A stretch of 64,000 bases of DNA, from the NCBI GenBank assembly GCA_028534125.1, contig CM052816.1, positions 86,616,001-86,680,000 of the forward strand. The letters are read 5' to 3'. The notes beneath the pieces are model-generated. The model ran no database searches. It saw only the letters and a list, made by a program, of their open reading frames with translations, and was not told the DNA's origin. Positions 14,221 to 25,562 of the stretch are shown piece by piece. The DNA comes from Lama glama (lineage: Eukaryota). The stretch's first letter is position 1, and every line of letters begins with the position of its first letter. A program made the translations under genes and the position numbers.

Positions 14221-15629
14221 ACTACCTGTTTATTTTCCACCACATAAGTTTCTCAATCTCATTCCTGATGAGTTGAGTCAATTAATTTTATTCTCCAATT
14301 ACCCAGGAGAAGTGGCACTCCTGCCATGACTACTAAGACTGGCCTATGAGGAACCTTGCCCCAGGGGCCTGTGGGCTAACATGGGCGTGTCTGCACAGAT
14401 GGGAGGGAAATATACATGCGTTCAGAATCCTCCCGGGGAAGAGGAAGTGGGGAAACATGAAAAGGACCACAATGGTACCGTGTCAAATCTTGGATATTTC
14501 TCTCTCAGCTGCACAGGTACTTCAGGATGGATGAAGACACAGAAGCATAGACAACTCCAAATATAGCCTCTTGCTTCGAAATTAAAATAGTTAGCTGTAC
14601 AAATAATCTCCAGATACAGATTTTACTACAAAAATCTAATGAAGTCAATTATAATTCCTTCCTACTCACACATTATGCATTCTGATTATAGCTGATACAT
14701 TACAATTTTTAATTCTTATGTACAATTTTAAGAGTGTATGACATTTCTAAATTTAAAAAAATCTTGCATTTAAGTTAACTTTACATTTAAATATACAATG
14801 AACTTTTTGTAACTGTTTTTTCTTCTTGATCTGTTCAGAATATCTAAGTAGTGAACTAAAGTTTGTGAGAATTCTTTAAATTCCAAATGAAGTACTTACA
14901 GTGATTTGAACCAATATTCAAATATAGGTGCTGAGTGAGGCCTATTTTTAATGTTATAAGCAAATATTGCTTAATTTTGTGTTTCTCACAATGTTTCTCA
15001 CAAAGGCTTAATGTATAGTCACAAACAAGCTAAATCTAACATATTAAATAGGCATCAAAGGGAAAACTAAGTATATTTATTTTCCTTTTGCCTATGTATT
15101 GTCACTTAATAGAAATTTAGAAAACTATCCTCAATATTTAAATTCAGAAGTTTTCATACATTTGGGAACTACAATAAACACTAAATGAAAAGGTAAATAT
15201 TTTAGATGATAAATTATAAATTGCCTTAGGGGTCATTTACATAGTAGAATTTTTTTCTGTATTTAATTTATTGTTTAATCATCTGTTTTAAAAAGTTAGT
15301 AAGAAGAAACTGTTATAAGTAAAGAATTTTAACTGGTATTGTGTTTGACTAAATCAATTCAAATTACATAAACCTTTTCTGAAATAAAATTTTAGTATAA
15401 AATGAAGATTATCTCGTAAAGGAAAACTTCCCATTAAAGGAGCACTTGTCCAAGGGACATGAAAACTTTACTGTACTGTTTTATCACACGGACCTCAACC
15501 AGTTGAAACTGAAGGAAGCCGTCAACTTTGAGAGACCCTGAGATGCCAGGTCTTTCCTAGAACTAATTTAACTCACTTTCTTGACCAAGGGACAATGAGA
15601 CTTAGTTTTTATAAACTGCTTACAGATCT

Positions 15630-16272
15630 GTGAACTTTTTCTCTTTTTTTGAACAAATATCTAGGAACATTTGCTGGGTCACAAGTGTATGTGTATGTTT
15701 AGCTCATAAGAAACCGCCAAATTGCTTTCAAAGGTGCCTTTTACTATTTTATATTTTTAGGAACTCTTTGTGACCAATATTTTGCTAACATTTGGTATTG
15801 TCACATTTTAATTTTACCCATTCTAGTCAAGTGCAGTGGTATCTCATTATGGTTTAAAAATCATTTTGTTAATTATTTTAAGTATCATTTTGTCTATAAT
15901 TACTGACTTTATCTTCTTTGTGAATATTTATTGAACTATTTTGCCCTTTTAAATTTAGTTGGGCTGTCTTCTCATTATTGAGCTGCAAGTCTTCTTTATG
16001 CATTTTTGAAATGAAGTTTTTATAAAATAAATGTATTGCAATGATTTTCTCCCAGTATTTAGTTGCCTTTTACTTTATTAATAGTGTTTTTTAAGGAGCA
16101 GGATGTTTTACTAACTACATTAAAGTCAATTAAAAAAAATTAATAGTTTACCTAAGAGTTGTGACATCTAAGAATTCTTTGCTTAACCCAGGGTACTAAA
16201 GATTTTTCCCCCATGTTTTCTTTTTGAAAAAGTATAGATTTAGCATTTACATTTAGACCTTAGTCTATCTTA
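15630..16272 (-). mobile_element. Old L1 (L1MB/MC) antisense fragment
   Basis: ttgctgggtca..aagaaaccgccaaattgctttcaaa..gtggtatctcattatggttt..tttacatttagacct. Confidence 0.8.
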
Positions 16273-16763
16273 GCATCTGCTGGCAAAACTTTAGATCCAC
16301 AGATAAGGCAGTCAGAAAGGAAAGATTGATGTTAAGGGCAGGAGAACATGGAAAAGCTGGACCCACAGCATGAATGTAAGTACATGAGTATGGACTAAAA
16401 TCCATGTTAGTCTTACTGCTTTTGACCTATGTGGCATGTGCATCCTACAGGGTCCAGATAACTTCATTATAGAGATAAACACATACAACTGGTCCAAGAT
16501 TTGGAGAAACTGGAGGAAGATCCTAGGGAGGAGAGTGGATTTTGCAGACCTGGCCACCGCTCCAAGCCAGTGAGGTGAGCCAGCAGATTAAAGACAACAT
16601 ACGCATGTGCTGTAAAAATCACTGCTGTTTCACTTCCACACTCCAAATCTCACAAAGCAATTTTTTCTTTATTGTAGCCTGCTCTAACCAGTAACACACA
16701 TGGAAGAGAATTCTGGGAAACCTAGCCCAACCTAGCAAGCTGACATATTGCAGAGCCACCATA
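16273..16763 (-). mobile_element. ERV-L LTR (MLT2F-like), the 3' LTR of the adjacent provirus remnant
   Basis: The reverse strand starts tatggtggctctgcaatatgtcagcttgctaggttgggctaggtttcccagaattc, matching the recalled MLT2F 5' end. A purine tract (ggggtagaa on the minus strand) precedes it. Confidence 0.75.
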
Positions 16764-17709
16764 TTCTACCCCATGCCAAAGGCACTCATGTTCATCTCCT
16801 CAAACTTACTTAATATCCAAATAAGGACCATAATGACAATGTCATGCTTTTAGCTAACATGACACACAAACCCCATATACAGCCCCAAACTATAAACTAT
16901 TCTTTTTTTTCCCCAAAAGAACATACAAATCCCTTTTAGTTTTGGGGTGATTTTCTTTGGTACTAGCTGATTCATTTTGATTCCCTGTAACATAAATATC
17001 ATGATACAGGTTAATTACTAAACATATTATGATATGATAAGATGAAGGAGAGGGAAAGAACACTCATACAAGTTCAAATCAAAATAAGGAAGAAGTACTA
17101 TCACTTATAGTCTTGGTTTCTTGAACTGGTTACATAGTTCACATTTATAACTAATGTCCACACTATTTACTTCGTATATTTATTTTGTGTATACTTAGCA
17201 AGTGTCTCAGTTGGCTGTGATTCATTGCCAGGTAAGGTAACTGAAACATTCACTCCTAAAGGCCATTATTATTTGTCTTTCCTTGTTTGTTGAGTTGTTG
17301 TAGTTTTTCATTGACTTTAATCATAAGCCGTGATAGTATTAAGTGGTGTTCTAGGGAATGTTCTTATAATTAAGAAGTTTGCTCCATTTTGGATATTTCA
17401 CCATGAACAGCTTTCGGAACCCATAAATGCTCCACATATGTGCAATGAAGGAAAGAAGCCCTGCACATCCTTTGCTTTTGCACCCCTTTGGAAATTTCAA
17501 GTAGCTGCAAAATCCAGACTGTTTGTAGGAACTCTCCCATACCTCTTGATCTTTTTATCTGGCCCCTGAATGGGCCCTTCAGTTCCAGGGAGTCTCCAGT
17601 TTCTTGTGAATACTAAATATACTGTAGTCATATTCATGGGTGAATGGGTTGTGTCATCTATCTTGATATCCAGATAAACTCCTGAGAGGACAATCATGCA
17701 TGCTGCTGG

Positions 17710-17750
<41 letters not shown>

Positions 17751-18640
17751 TGAAACACTCCTCCTCATGCACATTATGGAGTAGCAACCCAATTCCTTTT
17801 GATACTCAGGATTAATCATCCAGAATCAAAATAACCTTTTTCATCCACTGATTCATTCACATGAGATCCCAATGTGACCTGGTGGCAGTTAAACTTTTTA
17901 GTTTATTGGCATGATTATTGTTTTCCCAGGTAGAAGTTTCTTCCCTTTGGAACTAAGACCTCTAGACTAGCAGAGACTATAGTCATGGAGACAGGAAGCA
18001 AATATTTTGCTACTGTATCTTCAGGGTGTGAGGGAAAGAAGCCATTTCCGTTTCTACCCCTTGATTCCCAGACCCATGAATTCAGGCTGGGAGGAAAATA
18101 ACACCATACACTGGATGCTAATTTAGAGCATATACTGCATCTCCGCAGATATTGCCTCAGCCCAGCAAGGTGTTGCCACCTGGCTGGTTTTGTAACTGAA
18201 TCTTCAAAAGACTATTTCATTAAGCGAACTGCTTCCAGACGATGGGGAGCTTGGCAATCTCTGTGAATTCTAAGAGTGAGGGCCCATTGCCACACTTGAT
18301 TTGCTGTCAAATGAGTTCTTTGATTAGAAGTGTTGCTATATGTAATGCTATGATATTTCTGCTCTGTATGCAGAGCTATGATAGTGGATAGGGTATCTGT
18401 AGTTTTTTCAGAAACACTGTAGGCAAGGAAGAAAAGAAAATATGTTGAGTATCTATTCCACTAAGGAAAATAAAGTGCTGCTCCTTCCACAATATTAGGG
18501 GTCTTATATAATCGACATGACTTCAGGAACCTGTTCTATGCCCCTGGGAAATACTGCCATATTTGGGACTAAGGATTCCTCTCGACTGTGGCAGATTAAG
18601 TACTCAGCAGAAGCCATAACCAGGTCACTTATGGTGAATA
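16764..18640 (-). mobile_element. ERV-L internal sequence with decayed integrase and dUTPase
   Basis: Minus-strand 18352-18212 translates HSITYSNTSNQRTHLTANQVWQWALTLRIHRDCQAPHRLEAVRLMK*, compared with ERV-L integrase HGIPHSIASDQGTHFTAKEV.QWA..HGIHW.YH.PHHPEAAGLIER. About 17820-17790 gives MINPEYQKELG, compared with dUTPase motif 3 GVIDPDYQGEIG. Multiple stops and frameshifts. Confidence 0.9.
17712..17748. repeat. (CA)n microsatellite
   Basis: Directly visible. Confidence 0.97.
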
Positions 18641-18799
18641 TATGTTATTGAACATTGATGCTGGATTTTTGTTTCTTATTTTGGTAATTTATGGTGAAAA
18701 GAGTGTTTGGATCTTTAAAATTTTAAATCCAAAGGTTTACTGGCAAGTTATCTTTGAAACTGAAACACCCCAGCATATGGATCTCTTGTGATGGTCCAA

Positions 18800-19170
18800 T
18801 CCATTCATTAATATGTTCACCTCAACCTTTCACCAAATGATATGGCAAGTGTTGATGACTATTGCCTGGTTCCATTAATTTTCATCAAGAGTTGTAACAT
18901 ACTACCTTTCTAATCAAATTGCCTGAGTTTATTATTTATGATTCTTCTTTTAAATGTGAAGCATCCACTCCTTATCTAATTTTGCTACCCTTAGATACAA
19001 TCAGTAGAGGAAAGACATGATGCAGAATTAATTTTCTCTATTTTTTATACCTATCCATTTGCAGAAAATGGTCCCCTAATAGCCTTCAAATATTTTTCAT
19101 ATCATCATGAATTTATGAATTTTAATTTTAATGCTTTTCAACTCATTGAATCATCATTAATATTATTATT
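18800..19170 (-). mobile_element. Probable L1ME 3' UTR fragment
   Basis: Degenerate L1ME-like antisense motifs (agaggaaagacatgatgc..ttttctctatttttt..ggtccctaatagccttcaaa). Confidence 0.45.
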
Positions 19171-20209
19171 TTTCTGTTTATACTCCCCTTTATAAATTAG
19201 TGGGGATCCTCTACCAAAACAAAATCAATGAGAACAGGATTCCTCTAAAAATAAAATCCAAAGTTTTTTGTCATATCAAGAAAATATACCTACACTGATG
19301 AGTCAGTATCAGATATAATTTTTTCTCAAGTTATTTTTAAGACTACATTTTTGATAACATAACAAGTATAAATAAAAAGATATTTCAGAAAAATTTGCTG
19401 ATTCCAATATTTGCTAATTAGACTACGGACTGTTACTGTTTTTCCGTGTAATTTAAATTCCTCTATATTCAAAGTTCCAACTATGTATGTCAAATTGTGC
19501 CAAGTTCCAATGAATGCTATCATTTTTGAGAGCTTGAACATTTGATATTTTCCCTAGTTACTCAAAAGTTGGGTGACTTTTTTCTTGCTTAGGTATCCAG
19601 CCAAGAAGATATTCCTTTGAGAAGCAACAGACAAAGCATGGCAAAGAAAAATGCTATGATTATAATCTAAATCTTTATAAAGCAGAGAACATATTTTAAT
19701 ATTTCATACTCCATTTTTCACATGCAACCTCTTTACTGAGACTAAGGATTTCTTATAGGCTACTCAATAGAATAAATGTTTATAAGTAAATGATTCCATA
19801 CACTTAAGAGTTAGGTAAAATTTTTTAAAATGTAATACTTTATTGATAACTATAATAAACCTATTATTTATGCATCCCTGTTGGTGCACATGATAATCCA
19901 TTTTCTTAACTCAGCTCACTTGCAAAAGCAATCCTAGGACAGCTTCTTTAGAGGAAAATCTTAAGAGAAAGTTTTCAAGTTTTGAGAAAACACTATTTGT
20001 CCCTCTTAAGTATCTTTAGCCCAATGTCTCTCATAGATATGTCATTGTGAACAAGCTCCTTCACTGCAGCTTATAAAAGTTTAATTATTTGTTTTTTAAA
20101 AAATAGTTTATATTCTCAGGCAGGTCACCAATTAAATGCTTGACCTTAGAAAAAGAAAGAAAATATTCAGAAATATCTTTCCAATTTTTATGTAATAAAT
20201 TTCAGACAG

Positions 20210-20480
20210 TACTCAGAAAAAACATTCTTGAGTCAGATAAAGTTGACCCAGCTCCAGAGTTGCCATTCATTAAATTTAGGGTCCTGGTTAAATCACAGGA
20301 CTGAATCATTTTTCTCATCTTAAGAGAAAAATAATATAGGGCTTCATCCAATTTTTACCATGAGAATCAAACATGTTTTTTGCATGTGTGCACACACACA
20401 TCCATATGTATATATTACATATTATCATATCTGATACAGAAACTAATATAATTCATAATAATTGACAGTATAGTTATTAC
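20210..20480 (+). mobile_element. MIR SINE
   Basis: ttgagtcagata..ccagctcc..gccatt..ggttaaatcac..tttctcatct..aaaaataat..atgagaatcaaa, a MIR core. Confidence 0.6.
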
Positions 20481-21429
20481 CATTACTAGTAGTAATAGGG
20501 TCTCAATATCCTGTATTTATCCTTAAGGATAATGAGCAAGAAACCACCACCAACAAAAACAAAATGAAGTGTAGATCCCATTAATTTAAAATCTGCTTTG
20601 TAAAGTACTTTATTTTAGTCATAGTATTTTTTTCTGCATGAGTCACTATGAGAAAGGTATGAGTTTTAAGAGCTAGTTTAATTCTCTTAGCCATAAAAGT
20701 AACATTTCTGCACTTATCCAGTTATTTTTAATGATGTCCTGTTAATTTAAATATTTTAAAACAACTTGTAGATATATGTATATATTTTCAAGGGGTACTA
20801 CATATACTGGAAGAATGTAAGTAATATTTCTTTTAATATTAGTATTTTTGGAAACCAAAGTAAACCTGTAATAGAGCCAATTAAGTTATACTTACAAAAG
20901 AGTATACACTGCTTAGAGACCTAAAGTGCTGAAGCATAATGAGGAAATTTGATGATTGTGGAGAAATTCATTCACTTATCAACTTATTTCACTAGCTACT
21001 CTAATCATTTGGATGTGCCTATTTAAAGTATAATGAAACGACTGATAACACTGAATCCAGTGGCAATGTGCTTTCACTCTCCCAAGCAGTCTGACATCAT
21101 AAATCTACTACTATTCTGTTGCTGTAGAACATAGTATTCCAAATTGTTCCCAACTCTGTATCATAACTATTATTTTGAGTTATTAATCTACTAAAATATG
21201 CAAACATAGAAAAAGGTTTATTGAAGACATCAGTGTGGGTGTTTAATGAGTGTCTCAGTACATCTTATTGTGATTGAACATAATTGGTCCAAGGCTCAGT
21301 ATATCAATATTTTAAAACAGCAAATTATAGATAATAAACTATCAAATACGTATAAACTACCAGGATGATAATATGAAGTAATATGCTATTATCTGTCACA
21401 TACAAGTGATTCCTGTGAAACTCACACCA

Positions 21430-22006
21430 TCTAGCCTGTTCTAAACCAATAGTCTAACAGTCTTGCTGCTCCTACCCTTGCTAACCCTATACTGCTTCCT
21501 CTGCACCTAGTTATCCTTTCCACATACAATAGAAATCATATCATTCCATTCTCAAAACTATCCAGTGGCTTTCCATTGTATTCCAAAATCAGATGGGAGG
21601 CCTTAGAATAACTTTCAAGCCCCTGCATGATCAGGATGTCCTCCTGCCGCCTCTCTAACCCCCTTCACTGCTGCTTCTCTTGACATTCCCTCTTGTCACA
21701 GAGATCTCCTGGCTGCACCTGATCCCAGATATGTGACAGTTAGATCCTTTACTTCCTTGAGGTTCCTGATCACATGTCACTATATCTGAAAGATCTTCCC
21801 TGATCATTTTACAGAAAATCACAACCGATATTGTCCAGTTTATGTCTCCTATCTCCTTTATTTTTAACCACAATACAATATCTGATGTTTACCACAGCAC
21901 TTCGTTCATTTCACTTGTCTCATCCCATGGATAAGGGTGTAAAAGGTTATGCATGAACAGAATTTTTATAGACAGTAAACGACTATTCGATGAATAGATG
22001 AATGAG
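21430..22006 (+). mobile_element. L2 (L2a-like) 3' portion
   Basis: tcatatcattccattctcaaaactatccagtggctttccattg..aagcccctgcatgatc, ending in a gatgaatagatgaatga tail. Confidence 0.8.
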
Positions 22007-23240
22007 GCTTAGGTTCTATTTTACAATTTATTTTTAAAGGATAAGCTGTGGTATTGCAATTTTCTACTTACATTTATATATTTAAATGTTATACAAATTA
22101 CCTATTGACTACTTTCAATTTCTTGCTTAAAAATGTCTAGGGTGCAAAACATAATGCAGAAAGCAGTAATAAAAAGTCAATAATGCCTAAAGTCATTGCG
22201 GATATTGAAATGTCTTGTAAATTCAAAGAGAAATTTAAATTAATCTATCATGATGTTGTTTATTTTAAAATTCAGGTCAAAAATCAACTAATGCTTCATA
22301 ATATTTTCTAACCAAAGCAGGCATGCAACATTTTATATTATATAACTATGAATTATGTCTATAAAGCTTACAAGATAAGACAGACTTTACAATTTATTTG
22401 TATTAAACACTGATAAAATACTGTTATTAAGTTTTCTAAAAGTAAGAACATTTCAGGCATTGAGCTTTACTGATAAACTAAACTTATGGTGATACACGGA
22501 GAATCTAGCACTTATTGTCAAAGTAGAGCAGGCTAAATTTGGTATAAGCATGTAGGTCAATGAGGGTACTTCCTATAATACGATTTTACACAATGTTTAA
22601 TTACTTCATTTATTTGTTACAAATTTATTTTGAACAAACACTTCTGGCCTTGGAGGTATAACTAGAATAACATGTTTCAATGACTCACAGCTTATCATGA
22701 TTATATTCTAGTTCTGGGAGATATAAAGCAAGTACTTCTACATATGAAGTGTCAGGGAAAAAAATGTATATTAAAAAAAGCATCAGGTAAGAGAGTAGTA
22801 TGAACAAATGAAAAAAATTTACAGAATATAGTGCAGATTTATTTGGTTTGGGAAGGAGAAGAGTGGTAGGAGGTTACGTCAGAGGTCTAGTTTTGAGTGA
22901 AATGGAACACACTTACAGGTTCTTAAGCCAAAACATAACAATCAGTGGAAAGAATTCCAATAGCTGTTGAGTGTAGTAGAATCTGCCAGAGCTTGTAGAC
23001 CATTTAAAAGGCACAGAAATAATTCAAGAGAGTAATTACGGTGTTCTGGAATAGCGAGGTATTGATGGAGATGCTGGGAAGTAGAACTCTTCTGAATATG
23101 TTTTGCATTTGCTAATGACAGCTGTGGGATGTAAGAGAAAGACAAGTCTCAAGCATGATACCACCTTTCTTAGAAACAGAAAAATAGAGTTCTAAAACTT
23201 GAGACTGGGTAGACTTGATAATGAACAGACTGAAGGGTGA

Positions 23241-23636
23241 TGTGATGCTTCCTTTGATGAATCTATTGAACTAGACTACCATCACTAGTTATTCAGTTAA
23301 ACACTAATCTTGGCTGTGAAGGTAATTTGAAGGTATGATTAAATTCCATAATCAGTTGACTTTAGAGAAGTGACAATACCCTAAATAATCTGGGTGAGCC
23401 TGATTCAATTAGTTGAAAGTCCTTAAAAGGAGAGCTAAGTCTTTCCTGATGAAGAAATTCCACCTCTGGAGAGCAACTTCAGCTTGTGCTCTGGAAATAC
23501 AGCCCGCCCCTATAGCTTGCCCTACAATTTGAAAATTGTCCCAGCCCTCTACCAAAATTGTATAAGCCAATTTCTTGCAATATGTCTCTCTCTGTATATA
23601 CTGGTTTGCTTCTCTATTTGATCTGTGACTGATAAA
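23241..23636 (+). mobile_element. ERV-L LTR (MLT2D-like), solo
   Basis: tgtgatg start; cataatcagttgacttt..aataatctgggtgagcctgattcaattagttgaaag..gccaatttcttgcaata..actggtttgcttctct..gactgataaa end. Confidence 0.85.
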
Positions 23637-23799
23637 GCTACATAACAGGTGTTTTGTTTGCTTGGTGACTTGTTTTTTCCTTGATGTATCTATGAATCTC
23701 ACAAATAAAGATGTCAACCAAACATCTAAAAACTAAATCTAAATGTCATGGAAGATGTGTAGGCTGGATAATCACATGTTGGAGTTATTAGTCTATAGA

Positions 23800-24200
23800 T
23801 TATTGAGATAGGTCAAAGTATGATTCTCTAGAAGATATTCACTGGAACCTGTGAACAATAATTTATTTGGAAAAAGAAGTCTTTACAGATGGACTTAAGA
23901 ATCTTAATATAAAGAGATTACCCTGGCTTATCAGAATGGGCCAAAAATCTAATGACAAGTGCCCTTATAAGAGACACGCAGAGAACAGACATTCAAAGAA
24001 AGAGGTAAAATAACTCCAGAGGCAGGAGTTGGAGTCATGCAGTCACAAGTCACAGTATGGTGACAACTGCCAGAAGTTAGAAGGGATGAAATGCAGCAAT
24101 GCCAACACCCTGATTTCAGACCTCTGGCCTTCAGAACTGTGAGAGAATACAATTATACTGTTTTAAACCACCCATTTTGTGGTAATTTGTTGAAAAGTAA
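23800..24200 (+). mobile_element. MaLR LTR (MLT1B/C-like)
   Basis: ggaacctgtgaa..ttatttggaaaaag..gccaacaccctgatttcagacctctggccttcagaactgtgagagaataca..ttgtggtaatttgtt. Confidence 0.88.
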
Positions 24201-24703
24201 TGCAATCATATTTAAACCCATGAGACTGAAGAAGACATATGAGACGAGTATAGACAGAAACAAGAATTTTAAGTACTGACTCCTGGAGTACTCCAAAATC
24301 AAGAAGTTGGGAAAAAGAAGAGAAATTAACACAAGTATTTGAGAGGGAACAACCAAAAGGTATTAGGAGGATCAAAAGAGTGTTATTTCAGTATCCAGCA
24401 AAAATAAGTGTTGTAAGGAAGAGTGGATAACTCCATCAAATTCAGACAGGTTGAGGGAGATGAATATTGAAAACTGACATTTATATTTGGTGAGTTGAAA
24501 TCACTGATAATTGATAAAAATTTTGTAATAAAAGGGTTAGTTTTGTGTGGTACTTAAGAACTGATTTTAGTGTTCAGCAGAGAATGACCAGAGCGAAAGT
24601 GAATACATTGAATAATGACATCTCTTGTAGTATTTTTGTTTGTTTTACAGAGAAGCAGAAGAAAGTGGTAGATAGCCAGAATACTAAAGTCAAGGATGTG
24701 CAT

Positions 24704-24705
<2 letters not shown>

Positions 24706-24743
<38 letters not shown>
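24706..24743. repeat. (GT)n microsatellite
   Basis: Directly visible, uninterrupted. Confidence 0.97.
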
Positions 24744-24744
<1 letters not shown>

Positions 24745-25039
24745 TCATGGGAGACAATACATTATACTGGCTCACTAGTGAGCTGCCACCCTTACAGAGG
24801 AAGTTATAAAATAATAAGAAGCAACAAAAGCAAAAACAATGAAAATCTGCCCTGAATGGGTTACTAGATTTGATTTACTGAGATCCTGGGGAAAGAAGAA
24901 GCCCTATTTGAATGAGATAACTGGCAATTGGACATTAAAAAAGGGGCTTCTGGAACTTCTCTAATTCAGTAATTATGAAACAGCTCTTCTTTCTGAGAAG
25001 AGTAAATGAATTTACAACTTTAATTGTGTAATCAGACAA

Positions 25040-25270
25040 ACTAAGAGTTATTTGCCTCCAGTTTCCATTTCAAATTCCTACTTTATCCAGTCCCAGAAAA
25101 AGTATGGTGTTTGCAGATTTGCTGTGGGTTATTGACAAATACGTGAGGTTGTCATAATGGTGACTAGTATTGTCTGCTTCGTTCCTACAATGGAAAATTT
25201 TCCAAGTCAATACTTACTTATATTTTTGGTCATTGAATTGGCTTGGCATTTATTTCTCTATTTCATGCTA
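25040..25270 (+). mobile_element. Decayed retroviral/LTR-retrotransposon reverse transcriptase relic
   Basis: One frame reads NSYFIQSQKKYGVCRFAVGY*QIREVV and later VIELA, compared with the RT motifs NSP.WPV.KKDG.WR..VDYR.LN.VV and IDLA.AFF. Confidence 0.6.
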
Positions 25271-25504
25271 TTTGACAATTGATTTCAGCATGTTTCATAA
25301 AGGGAGTTGACTCTGTTCTTTAGACTAGTTTAATATTTATTACAAAAAAGGCAATGAGGTAAATTTTAGGACAACAAAAAAAGAGAGATTGGTGACAAAT
25401 ATTTTCTCATGTTCCTTTAATCTCTATTTAAAATAATCTTAAATTTCTTTCATGTTGTAATCTTGTTTCTATACTCTGCTAATGTGGTTTTAATATTTCT
25501 GATT

Positions 25505-25562
25505 TTCTTTCTTCTTTCATTTCTTTCTTCCTTCTCTCTCTTCTCATTTCTCCCTTCTTTTA
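25505..25562. repeat. TC-rich low-complexity repeat
   Basis: Directly visible. Confidence 0.85.

Larger units (their letters stand above)
22600..24700 (-). mobile_element. Fragmented L2, interrupted by MLT2D-like and MLT1C-like LTRs
   Basis: L2 antisense motifs at 22600-23240, 23740-23800 and 24210-24700 (e.g. gttgagggagatgaatattgaaaactgacatttatatttgg). Confidence 0.7.

Noticed and set aside
14880..14960. Minus-strand donor (CACT|gtaagt) suggesting an exon
   Set aside because: No good upstream polypyrimidine acceptor and no recognisable reading frame.
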